Origin: Octopus sinensis
Taxonomy: Eukaryota
Reading direction: 5' to 3'
Assembly: GCF_006345805.1 (NCBI RefSeq)
Contig: NC_043006.1
Location: forward strand, 54,002,001-54,066,000
DNA length: 64,000 nt
In this document: positions 24,233-36,154 of the stretch, one piece after another
Position numbering within the stretch: position 1 is the stretch's first letter
Layout: the number at the start of each line of letters is the position of its first letter
Translations under genes and position numbers: made by a program
Notes under the pieces: model-generated
Seen by the model: the letters and a program-made list of their open reading frames with translations, nothing else
Told to the model about the DNA's origin: nothing
Databases searched by the model: none

Positions 24233-24261
24233 TCTATATATATATATATATATTATATATA

Positions 24262-24313
<52 letters not shown>

Positions 24314-24373
24314 GCATGTATATGTATGTGTGTATATACATTTATATATATATTATATATATAATCTATATAT

Positions 24374-24422
<49 letters not shown>

Positions 24423-24532
24423 TTATTATATATATATATATATATTATATATATATACATATCTATATATCTATATCTCTCTATATATATATATAGTATA
24501 CCACACACACACATACACTCACACATACAATG

Positions 24533-24730
24533 AAGGCGCATGGCTCAGTGGTTAGAGCGTCGGACTCACAATCAGGAAATCATGATTTTCGGACCGGGCT
24601 GTGTTGTGTTCTTGACCAAGGTACTTTATTTCACATTGCTCCAGTTCACTCAACTCTAGAAATGAGTTGCGACGTTACTGGTGCCAAACTGTTTCGGCCT
24701 TTGCCTTACCTTTGGATAACGTCGGTGGTG
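24533..24730 (+). mobile_element. SINE family C
   Basis: GGCGCATGGCTCAGTGGTTAGAGCG head and GTGTTGTGTTCTTGACCAAGG core. Confidence 0.75.
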
Positions 24731-24739
24731 TGACGAAAA

Positions 24740-25145
24740 GAGTGGCTGCGTGGTAAGCAGCTTGCTAACCAACCACATGGTTCCGGGTTCAACCCACTGC
24801 GTGGCACCTTGGTCAAGTGTCTTCTACTCTAGCCCCGGGCCGACCAAAGCCTTGTGAGTAGATTTGGTTGACGGAAACTGAAAAGAGCCCGTCGTATATA
24901 TGTATATATATATGCATATGTATGTCTGTGTATATATTTGTGCATCTGTGTTTGTCCCCCCAACATCACTTGACAACCGATGCTGGTGTGTTTACGTCCC
25001 CGTAACTTAGCGGTTCGGCAAAAAGACACCGATAGAATAAGTACTAGGCTTACAAAGAATAAGTCCTGGGGTCGATTTGCTCGACCAAATGCGGTACTCC
25101 AGCATGGCCACAATCACATGACCAACAAATAAAAGAGTAAAAGAG
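24740..25145 (+). mobile_element. SINE family A, full length
   Basis: Head, core, internal microsatellite and AAAAGAGTAAAAGAG tail. Confidence 0.9.
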
Positions 25146-25193
25146 CATATGATATACACACATACGCAATACACACATGTATGCATGTATGTT

Positions 25194-25232
<39 letters not shown>

Positions 25233-25503
25233 CTGGCTTGTGTATCTGTACAAATCTGATCGCTACTTTCACTTCCAGAAGGTTTCTACCACTTCAACTG
25301 CTTTTCCCGCACTTCACCGCCTTCTTTACAGGATTGGCTGCACGAACAATGTCTATATTCGTATATATACATATATGTGTATGGTGAGTGAATGTGCGTG
25401 TACGCATGTGTGCGTGTTTCTGCCTAAGTACGCATGTCCTTGTGTTTATAAGCATTATTATACCTTTAAACGCTATACATTTCTAAACATACACACATAC
25501 ACA

Positions 25504-25541
<38 letters not shown>

Positions 25542-25652
25542 ATATATATATACATATACACGTGTTTATATGTATATGGGGGGGAGTGTGTGTGTGTGTG
25601 TCTGTGTGTCTCCCTAAGTGAATGCTGGTGATTATGTATATATGTATGCTTG

Positions 25653-25686
<34 letters not shown>

Positions 25687-27369
25687 CACACACACACATA
25701 CATACATATGCATATATATATATATGCATGCAATTATGTACGTGTGTGAGTGTGCATATGTACGTACGTATGAGCGTGTGAGTGTTTGTAGGACAGTGAA
25801 TGTGTATGTGACAATGTGCTCTCTGAGTTAACTTTCTTACGAATTACATTATATGGTGATTTTGCTATGACATCATTCTTCATAGAAAGGTAATGTGTTG
25901 ATGACACTTGGAGAAGTAGGCAGCTGTTTACTATAATATGGCTACACCTACCTCAACCGCTACCAACTCTTCAAAGCCGACATTTGTCCCTATTTCTTTC
26001 TGATTTACTTGTATCTCTCTTTTATTTTCTTCTTTCTTATTTGATATTCCTTATAAGCTACTCCCACTTCTTCAGGATTTCAAAGACACTTCTTTCATGG
26101 CCTGATATGACGCATAAGTTAATGCTCCCACTGGCCACGATTTAGATTACTTTCTCACAAATTGTGCTACCTCTGAAGAAGCTGCGCAGAAATTTAAAAA
26201 CTTATTTATACAGGCAATCGATGTGAGCAACGTGCCTCACATCGGCTCGAAGTTTACAAGAAAATAATTTCACGATTCAAATTATGAATGATTGCAACTG
26301 CATCTGTTGAGATTTTCACAGTAAAATGTTACTAGATATTATAAACACTAATTTGTTTGTCCTGAAGGCAGAATCGGTTACCGCTGGTGCTTCAAAACAG
26401 TAACTTGCTGAAGGCGGTAAAGTAACAGGAAGGTTAGAGAGAGGGATGTAGCTCTTCATGTTATTTGTTAGGGCTTTCTGAGATCAAAATTCCTCCGAGG
26501 AAAACTTCCTCATTTATCTTTTCAGGATCGATGAATAAAGTACTAGTCATATAATGGTGTCATTTCTTAAAATGTTCGGGGTTTTTTTCTATCTTTATTT
26601 CTCTTTAAAAGAAATCAATTCAGATCAAACATGGAGAGCGAAGTGTACCGCTAAGATTAAAAACGCCAAAGAAACGCTGTTAATCACAATGGTGCTATTA
26701 CGACTTCATCATGAGTTGCTCTTTCAGTGAATGTTAGGACAAGTGCTTGTTTACAGAATAAAAGAGAACCAGAACCACTGGTGGTATCTGTAACAGTCGT
26801 CTAGCAAACAGACTTACAAGTGTTTGACTGCCTTAATATAACTTACCAACAATCGTACTTTGACACATCTACCAATATATAGTCTCGAAGATAAAGCAGC
26901 CAAAACTTACACAATTCGTACCTTTATTGACCTAGAAAAAAAAGAAAGAAAGAAATAGCATTAGATAATGTAGTCCTAGATTTATTAAGTCTGTAAACAA
27001 ATAGTGAATTGTGATTCGAGGAATATTTGGTTGTTATTTCAAATAGATCGATCAACCGCGTAGAAGCTGAAAATATACTTTCCTAAAACGGTATATGTAT
27101 CTAATTTTGTCCAGATTATGACCAACTAATGCCCTAATCACAGCCCAATAATAGTTTCCTGTCAACCATTCCCTTATCTAACTGATAAGACATTCAGACA
27201 GTTTTTCCAGCTCAGAGGCCTTAACTGTATTGAGTATAACCCTTTTCTAAAAATCTTATGTTTAAAGAACTACTGTAATTTATCGTATACACCATTGTAA
27301 CCCGGGCATTGGAAAAGATTCAGCAGTGTCCACTTCCCTTTGTAACCCAAATTGTGCTTATTTTGTTAG

Positions 27370-27750
27370 ATATGGTTGTGCGGTTAAGAAGCCTGCTTTG
27401 CAATCGCTTGGCTTTTAGTTCAATCCCACAGACCGGCCAATACCTTGTGAGTAAATTTGGTAAACAGAAACTGTATGGAAGCCTCACACATACACATTAT
27501 GTGTATGTGTGTGTATGTGTGTGGTGTGTGTGTGTGTGTGTGTGTGTGTCACTCTCTCTCTCTTTCCTGTCACCACTTGACAACCGGTATTTTGTTTACG
27601 TCTCTCTAACTTAGCGATTCGATAAAAGAAAACGATAGAATAAGGACCAGACTTTTAAAAACAATAAGCACTGTGGTCGATTTGTTAGGTTAAACCCTTC
27701 AAGGCGGTGCCCTACCAATGGTTGCAGTCAAATGACGGAAACAAGTAAAA
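27370..27750 (+). mobile_element. SINE family A, diverged
   Basis: GGTTGTGCGGTTAAGAAGC head and CGGTGCCCTACCAATGGTTGCAGTCAAATGACGGAAACAAG tail. Confidence 0.75.
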
Positions 27751-27911
27751 GATAAAAGAAATACAGCTCTATATTTAAGAGATGAGGAAAAAATGAGGAC
27801 AAATATCCATCAAATGTAAAAACAAGATGAGGACAAATATCTGTCAAATGTAAAATAATGTTAATAATGAAGATAAAGAAGATTAAATCCTTCTGTGTAT
27901 GTTTGTTTGTT

Positions 27912-27953
<42 letters not shown>

Positions 27954-28479
27954 TGTGTGTGTGTTTGTGTGTGTACGCAGTGATGATATGGGGCTCAGTA
28001 GCTACAACAATAGCAACAATAACAACATCAACAACAACGATCGTTCTCATGTCGGCTCATTCGTCTGACATCTATGTAATCAACAACCGTATTGAATACT
28101 TTTTCTTTTCTTATTTTACTACCGCCATCATTTAAACAAGATATAGCAGCAAATATACAAGCAAAAGATAACAATATTTAAACAACGTAACTAATACTCC
28201 TACACATGAGGGGGTTCACAACATTGTTGCACTATCTAACATTGGTCAAACGCCTACAAGTCTTAACAAACGGATGACAATGCACTTACAAATTCGTGTA
28301 ATTTTCATATATTCCTTAAAGATGACTTGTGCATAATTATGCGCGCGCACGCAAACAGAGACACTCACACACACACACACACTCTCTCTCACACACACAC
28401 ACATTCATTCGTAGCTGTACAAGTTGACATGCGACTTTCCCATGTCAACTTGTACAGCATTTTCGATAAGTTTTCGATG

Positions 28480-28536
28480 TTATACATGCATACATATAGA
28501 TACATTCATACATACATACATACATACATACATACA

Positions 28537-28570
<34 letters not shown>

Positions 28571-28847
28571 CACGCATGCATGCAAATATACATACATACA
28601 TACATACATACATACATACATACTACATACATACATACATACATACAAGCATCCGTACGTACGGACATACAATTTACTGTTCTTCTATATGAAGGATCAA
28701 CGAAAGAAAATACTTCATCCAGTCAGAGATAGTATTTAATATATAATATTTAAATACTATATGTATTAAATTATATATACATACAAATGCACACAATATA
28801 TAACATGCATATGTATGTGCAAAATACATACATACATACATACATAT

Positions 28848-28930
<83 letters not shown>

Positions 28931-28990
28931 CAGATATAGATATAGATAGATAGAGAGATAGAGAGAAAGAGGGAGGGAGGGAGAGAAAGA
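28480..28990. repeat. (CATA)n, (GATA)n and (GA)n microsatellites
   Basis: Directly visible. Confidence 0.9.
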
Positions 28991-29136
28991 CATACGCATT
29001 CCACACATACATGTACATACACATTCGAACACACAGAAAAATCTTTAGTTAAATCAATTCACGCATGTCTGTGCATCGTTCCACTGGTATAATTTCGGGG
29101 GATTTGCTATCGTTTATTTTTCAACTCCATACTCAC

Positions 29137-29150
29137 TGACGTCACTTCCG
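29137..29150 (+). promoter_or_regulatory. CRE plus ETS composite motif TGACGTCACTTCCG
   Basis: Exact palindromic CRE abutting CTTCCG in a CpG-bearing island. It could equally be a transposon-terminal remnant. Confidence 0.25.
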
Positions 29151-30754
29151 CTCCCTTTGAACACACGCGTGTCTTATCGCTTTGTTTCTAAATTTGTCAC
29201 TCAAATAAAATTCGTATTTCTTTGTAATACGTGTATAGCGTCATTTTTCTTGTTCTATAAATACACATACCTATACGTTTCACTTAAATTTAATCTGCGA
29301 AGTGATACACGCCATTGTTTACAAGCGACTTAGAAAACTTTCATTAAGCAATTAGTTAAATTTACGTCAATTAAATCTCATTAGTGAAGCTTTTTATTTC
29401 GTTATAAGTTCGTTTGTTTACTGGGGTTTTTTTTTTTTTTTGGTAAGTATACAGCAGTTTCACATTTTCAAGTTTAAGTCCTCGCGCATAAATAATACAC
29501 CATTTCATTATCGTAGAGTATATACGCATCACATTTATATCCGTATACGTGTACATATATATGTATTTATAAATGTGTATGTATGCCTCTGTCTATCTAT
29601 TTATCTATCTATTTGTCTATATATGGTAGAAAAACATTTTTTTAACCTATGAAGATGAAGTATACAAAACAAATGTTAGGTGGTACACAGGAAAATTAGA
29701 TATCTTTAATGTTCCGAGCCTACGCTCTTCTAGGGAAAGGATAGATGAGGAGAGAGAGAAATAAGGAAAAAGAACGAGCTTGTCTCAGTCAGATGGTCAG
29801 TGCATGCTAATATGACCAGGAGAGGAAGAAATAGGCTTTAGGCGTGGGTATGAAGGGATAACAGTGATCTGCGCGTGTGTGTCTGTCTGTCTGTCCGTCT
29901 TTTGTTTGTTGCAAAGAAGAGTCATACCCCGCTCAAATTACACCCTACCTTCCTCAAAATAACGACGCATTTGGATAATGTGCTTTTCAGAGTACTGTGC
30001 CTGGTGGAACACTATGACTTTGGTTATAAGTATGGTCATTTAGTGACGACGTGGGGGTTAAAAAAAGCAGCGCAACGCAAAAGTACACAAAGAAATAAAA
30101 GACAGTGTCAAGTGCTGTACACTATCTTCAAGGTACCGTGTTAGTACACATACATATGTACATACATGCAGACATCTGTGTGCGCGCGCGCGCGTTTATC
30201 TTTTATCAGTCTTTGATCTGCAGCCATACTGAGGCACTGCCTTGTTTAGTGTTTCTCAACTATTTTTTTGTCTATGGACCCCGTTGGACTCCTATTTTAC
30301 TCAAATGCACCCTCCTAGACATTTGATGTTTTAAAAAATCATATCATGTTTTTATAATTAAATAGTGTTTTCAAATTTTGGCACAAGGCCAGCAAGTTTC
30401 CAAGGAGGAGATAAGTCGATTACATCGACTCCAGTTTTAAACACACATACACACATGTATGCATGTATGTACATATGTATGTGTACTAACACGCTACCTT
30501 GAAGATAACTGATTCATTGCAGATAAGAAGTTTAGCACCAAAAGCTTATATGGACCCCAGTTGAGAACCTTTTAATCAAACAACTCGATTTCAGTCCTTT
30601 TCTTTTTTAAGTTTGGTACTTATTCCAATGGCTCTTTTGCCGAACTACTAGGTAATGGGACTGTAAACAAACCAACGCATGTCAAACCACAAACCAACGC
30701 ATGTCAAACCACACACCTTCCCAGACACACACACACTGACCCCTATACTTAGAA

Positions 30755-30919
30755 CAGTAGTTCCCAACCTTTTCGCTACCAAGGACCCGTTTTATTTAAA
30801 TGAGTTTTCTCACGGACGCCAGGATATTGAAAGGTCTGTCAGCTTAACGTGTTCACGGACCCTCAGTACTACCTTTGTGGACCACCAGGGGTCCACGGAC
30901 CACAGGACGGGAACCACAG
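30755..30919. mobile_element. hAT (Charlie-like) MITE, 165 bp
   Basis: Ends CAGTAGTTCCCAACC / GGGAACCACAG. Perfect 8-bp TSD ACTTAGAA at 30747-30754 and 30920-30927. Confidence 0.88.
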
Positions 30920-31490
30920 ACTTAGAAGATAACATAACATCCCTCATATAAACTGAACGAATTGAACTCATCTATTGTCACGCAGAAAATAAACCAAATT
31001 TTTGAATGTAGAGGAAAGCACACAATTCGCAAAAATTAGAAGATTTTCAATGTAATGTTATTTCAATTTTTTGTAACACACACACACACTCACAAGCACA
31101 GCGTGAAAACTCGGAACAAATCTTATATATTCTTGTCGGCCAATATTTTATCTTTATCTTCATCTTCCTTATTCAAGTAAAAAATCCCAAATTGCCTGAT
31201 AGAGCATCCAGTTTGGTTTGATTTCACCTGCAGTACTACTGTTAAACGGGTTGGGTTAGTTAGCAATTTAGCAGAAAAGTAGCTCCTGTAATACGACCCT
31301 TTCAGAAGATGTGACAATGGATCCACTCCCCAACCACCACCACCACCACCACCACTACCTCTACGACCACCACCAATATAGGGATGTCGCCAGTAAAGAC
31401 ATTTCAACTTTCAATTTTGTATCTCAAGGAATATTGACGGTACTGTGGTAGTTAGCATATATACACCACTGTATTTCTTCAATTCTGGCT

Positions 31491-31585
<95 letters not shown>

Positions 31586-31627
31586 CTCCTTCTTTCTTTC
31601 TAGCCCAACCGTATTTTGGCAATTTGA

Positions 31628-31702
31628 ATGAAACCATTGGGGCGAGCGGACGCGAGGGATCGCTTTGAAACGCTTTCAGAACGCCGGTACTCAGTACCTA
31701 CG
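31628..31702 (+). CDS. Candidate first coding exon [25 protein letters not shown]
   Basis: Acceptor CTTTCTTTCTAG| at 31603, ATG at 31628, donor ACG|GTAATT. CpG-rich island with an RRxS motif. Confidence 0.28.
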
Positions 31703-32139
31703 GTAATTGACTGTACATTGTAAAACTTATTCATAGAGATGGAGTAATTGAGATAGTCATAGTGAAAGAAACAGAGAAACTGGGTAGACGACACGCAGTC
31801 TGACAGGTGGACAGATAAAACTTTTTTGGGGTTTTGCTTTAGATAGTTGTTTTCCTTTTTTTTTCTTTTCTTTTCTTTTTTTCTTCTTGTGTGCGACAAA
31901 CAATTCAAGCCTACAAACAGACGACAGTCAGATGAATTGAAGAGAAGGAGGTAAGTAAGGATGGAAAGAAGGACGGTTAGATGGAGGCAGGCAGGCATAG
32001 AGGGCAGGTATGAGAGAAAAGGGCGTATGGAATAGATGAAGAAAGCAATATGGATGGCTAACAGAATAAGATAGAGAGAAGAGGAGGGGAAATCGAATGT
32101 ACGTATACACACACAGAGTCGAACAGATACATACTTAGA

Positions 32140-32193
32140 TATTGTATGTAGTATTATATATACATATATATGATATATACATATATATGTATG

Positions 32194-32252
<59 letters not shown>

Positions 32253-32261
32253 ATATATATG

Positions 32262-32308
<47 letters not shown>

Positions 32309-32317
32309 TGTGTATAT

Positions 32318-32371
<54 letters not shown>

Positions 32372-32618
32372 ATTATATATATATATATATATAATATGTA
32401 TGTGTATATATATATGTATGTGTGTATATATATATTATATATACTATAATATATATATATATTACATACATATATATATAAATATATATATGTATATAAT
32501 ACGTATATATTATATATATATATTCATATACCGAACATATACATGCATATATACGTATACATGCATGTAATTGTAAATTTGAATATATACACGTATGTAT
32601 GTTGGCATTACATATATG

Positions 32619-32695
<77 letters not shown>
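32140..32695. repeat. Long imperfect (TA)n tract
   Basis: Directly visible. Confidence 0.95.
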
Positions 32696-32700
<5 letters not shown>

Positions 32701-32905
32701 CGCCCATGTTGGATCGTTAGCCCCAACACGCAATTTTTTTCTCTCCTTGTTTCTCTCCTTGTTTTTTTTCTGTGTATCTTTCTGTCGAAGAGCGTAGGCT
32801 CGAAACGTAAAAGACTTGTTTTATTTCTATTCCTGAGCGCCTTACTAATACATTGTTTGTACTCCACCTGCCTTCGTCTTTTGTTTATTTTCGTAAACCT
32901 TCCCG

Positions 32906-32930
<25 letters not shown>
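32696..32930 (+). mobile_element. Penelope-like element terminal fragment in (TA)n
   Basis: Contains a minimal hammerhead-like motif. Related pieces lie at about 29700-29740 (-) and 52090-52150 (+). Confidence 0.55.
32777..32814 (+). ncRNA. Minimal type I hammerhead-like motif with mutated core
   Basis: TCTTT-CTGTCGA-A-GAGC(GTAG)GCTC-GAAA-CG-TA-AAAGA. Stems I and II pair, but the core is CTGTCGA rather than CTGANGA. Confidence 0.5.
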
Positions 32931-32939
<9 letters not shown>

Positions 32940-33050
32940 CAATTTACTAAATTGTTATATATTTACATTTTAGTCTCATGACTATTTTTCTTTTCCACTG
33001 GGCCGCTGGTAGTGATAAATTTCTATCGAATTTTTTACTACCTAAATTGA

Positions 33051-33099
<49 letters not shown>

Positions 33100-33145
33100 T
33101 GAATTGAAGAAATGGAGCTGAACGAAGATTGAACAGAAATCGTTT

Positions 33146-33238
33146 TATTTCATTCTACACGTGTTTCGAAAGGCACAATTACCCAAAATCCGATTGAATA
33201 ATGAGACCATATTGTGTCTTTCTCTTCAGGAAGAAATA
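33146..33238 (-). ncRNA. Type I hammerhead ribozyme (minimal palindromic stem III)
   Basis: Sense: TATTTCTTC-CTGAAGA-GAAAGACACAAT-(31-nt loop)-ATTGTGCCTTTC-GAAA-CACGTG-TA-GAATGAAATA. Stem I has 9 bp with one bulge, stem II has 11/12 pairs, and the cleavage triplet is GUA. Confidence 0.75.
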
Positions 33239-33374
33239 GGAAATCCGTTGGAAAAAACAAAAACAAAAACAGAACAGAGGCGGAGAGTTTGCCATGGGCT
33301 CTTAGGAGCCTAGTTCGATTTGTTTTGCTCCGCCTCTGTTCTGTTTTTGTTTTTGTTTTTTCCAACGGATTTCC

Positions 33375-33463
33375 TATTTCTTCCTGAAGAGAGACACAAT
33401 GGTCTCATTATTCAATCGGATTTGGTAAATTGTGCCTTTCGAAAACACGTGTAGAATGAAATA
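33375..33463 (+). ncRNA. Second hammerhead copy in the right arm
   Basis: CTGAAGA at 33384-33390 and GAAA at 33441-33444, with the same stems apart from small indels. Confidence 0.65.
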
Positions 33464-33720
33464 AAACGATTTCTGTTCAATCTTCGTTCAGCTCCATTTC
33501 TTCAATTCACCAATAATTTTAATTTCAATTATCCGCACCAACGCACGGTTGCAACACCATATGGTTGTACCTCCAACCGTGCTGTCTTCTGCTGTGATTT
33601 TTGCTACCAAGGTATCGGTTAAACTTTTGATTAATCTGCTACAAGATTATTCATCTTTCTATTTCACAAAATATATATATATATACATATATATATTATA
33701 TATATAATATATTATATACA

Positions 33721-33753
<33 letters not shown>

Positions 33754-34371
33754 GTATATACACGCATATACGCATGTATACATATGTGTGTATATATAAA
33801 TGTGTGCGCGCGCGCGTGTATCATACTTAAATGCACATATATCGGGAACGCCAAATTAACTGCGGCATTCGTCCGGAGATGATATCTCTTATGGACGTAC
33901 TGTGTTCAAAACACAAATATATAAGTATCAGTCATAAATCGTTTAGCAGTGGTGATGAGAACGCAAGATACTAATTCCGGACTTATTAGGTTTTGTCAGT
34001 AGCACGTATTCACTTTTACTTAATAATGACTAAAAACTCACCGGTATTACTATCAATATTATCCTATATCAGTGGCGACGGATTTTGTCTCTGCCGACGG
34101 CTGCCAGTTTGTACAGACTACTGACAAAGCAGAAATGGGCTTCTCACCACATCTCTTCGACGATTTTCTTCTGATACTAATACATATGGGTTTTTAAACA
34201 TAAAGTATCCGTTTTTACATAAAGTAAGTCCCTGAGAGATATTATCTCCGAACAAATAACGCTGGTGATTTGATCTTTTGGACGTATTTGGATTAGGTGT
34301 ATTACACAGATGACTATTTTAATCTCTTACGGCTTCTATTGCACGAATTTACATATCTTTCTTTTATATTT

Positions 34372-34512
34372 TACTGGTTTCAGTTGTAAGACTATGACCA
34401 TACTGGGACACAACATTGAAGTATTTTCAGTCAAATGAATCGACCACGATTTTCATTTTTATATCGTTCTCTTTTGCCGATCCGCTAAGTTCCTAGGACA
34501 AGCAGTGTCCCC

Positions 34513-34591
<79 letters not shown>

Positions 34592-34735
34592 GCATATATG
34601 ACGAGCTTCTTTCAGTTTCCGTCACTCTCAAAGCATTGGTTGGCCCCAGGCTATAGTAGAAAACACTTGCCCAAGGTGCCACGCAGTAGGACTGAACACA
34701 GAACGATTTGGTTGAGAAGCAAATAGCTATCAACT
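34372..34735 (-). mobile_element. SINE family A, diverged
   Basis: Tail, internal CA tract and head match family A. Confidence 0.8.
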
Positions 34736-34747
34736 ACATGTACATAT

Positions 34748-34911
34748 AGGCGCAGGAGTGGCTGCGTGGTAAGCAGCTTGCTAACCAGCCACATGGTTCC
34801 GGGTTCAGTCCCACTGCGTGGCACCGTGGACAAGTGTTGCCTACTATAGCCTCAGGCCAACCAAAGCCTTGTGAGTGGATTTGATAGAAGGAAACTGAAA
34901 GAAGCTCGTCG

Positions 34912-34912
<1 letters not shown>
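34748..34912 (+). mobile_element. SINE family A, 5' half, head-to-head with the previous copy
   Basis: TAGGCGCAGGAGTGGCTGCGTGGTAAG...GGAAACTGAAAGAAGCTCGTCG. Confidence 0.88.
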
Positions 34913-34954
<42 letters not shown>

Positions 34955-35083
34955 GTTACAGATAACTTGTTAGACTCAATTCCACGGATTGTAATTTAAG
35001 AAGAAAAAAGAGAGAGAAAGAAATATTAGGTCATCAACCTGTTCATGAACATTAGTTTCTGCTTTGTTCCACACCCTTTCTTT

Positions 35084-35144
<61 letters not shown>

Positions 35145-35469
35145 ATGTTGTTGATGGCATCCTTTTTGTCCCGGTAGACAATGGAGTTGCGCATAAAATA
35201 ATCTAGTCCGGCTTTTACATTTCATGTCCTAATACATCTCCTGCTGCGGCTGTAATTTATATTCGTTGGTACTCCGAGATTCGAGCGTGATGCTAGTCTC
35301 CAGCCATTTTGAATTTGAATAAAAATTCAGATGCAGCACGGAATTTTGTCAGTGAACTGTCTCAAAGCGACTAAAATATTTTGGCAAATAAATTTAAATG
35401 TTGAAGTGATTCTAACGGTTCTTGAGTTTCTTAAATGGCTCATAAACACATTCCACGCTCCAATTGTTA

Positions 35470-35524
<55 letters not shown>

Positions 35525-35887
35525 ACGACCAATCACAGCCCACCATACATTAATAACAATCAACTTCTTTCATTCAAATTCAAAATGGCTGAAGACTAGC
35601 ATTACGCTTGAATCTCGGAGTACCAACGAATTTAAATTAAGCTGCTTTGAACCACACACACATACACACGCGCACGCATGCACTCATAGTTCGGTTCACT
35701 TTTTTTTTTTTTTACTTATGCTTTAGTATAGCGCAAGGGTGCCCGAATTCATTTTCTAGCGAAATCCTTCGAAGATTTTCGCAAACTCCTGTGCCGATAT
35801 GTTTTGGAACCGACGCCCTCACAACGCAAATTTTTTCGAGAAGGAAATTACTCAATAAAAATGCATAAAAATCAGTTTCGATTAGAC

Positions 35888-36154
35888 CAGTGGTTCTCAT
35901 CCTTGTCCATATGACTCCTGGCGGTTCAGATAAAGTTTTTTTCTTTTAATTTATGTGGAATATATTGGTTATACTTCTAGAATATAGAAAGATTTTAACT
36001 TTGACAATTGTTTTTTTTTTATACAATACCTAATAATGTTTAATTATAAAAATGTAGTATGATTTGTTTAAATATCGAACGGCTATAAGGAACCAATAGA
36101 GTAAAATAGGAATGAAAAGGCTCCATGGGTTAAAAAAATGGTTGAGAACCACTA
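35888..36154. mobile_element. hAT-type MITE
   Basis: Ends CAGTGGTTCTCA / TGAGAACCACTA with a degenerate 8-bp TSD (GATTAGAC / GTTTAAAG). Confidence 0.7.

Larger units (their letters stand above)
33098..33511. mobile_element. 414-bp foldback: inverted Penelope-like termini (arms 33098-33285 and 33328-33511, 42-nt spacer)
   Basis: The arms are reverse complements differing only by a few small indels. The left edge abuts (TA)n. Confidence 0.85.

Noticed and set aside
26172-26205. CTGAAGA...GAAA as a hammerhead
   Set aside because: No stem II in register and no stem I or III pairing.
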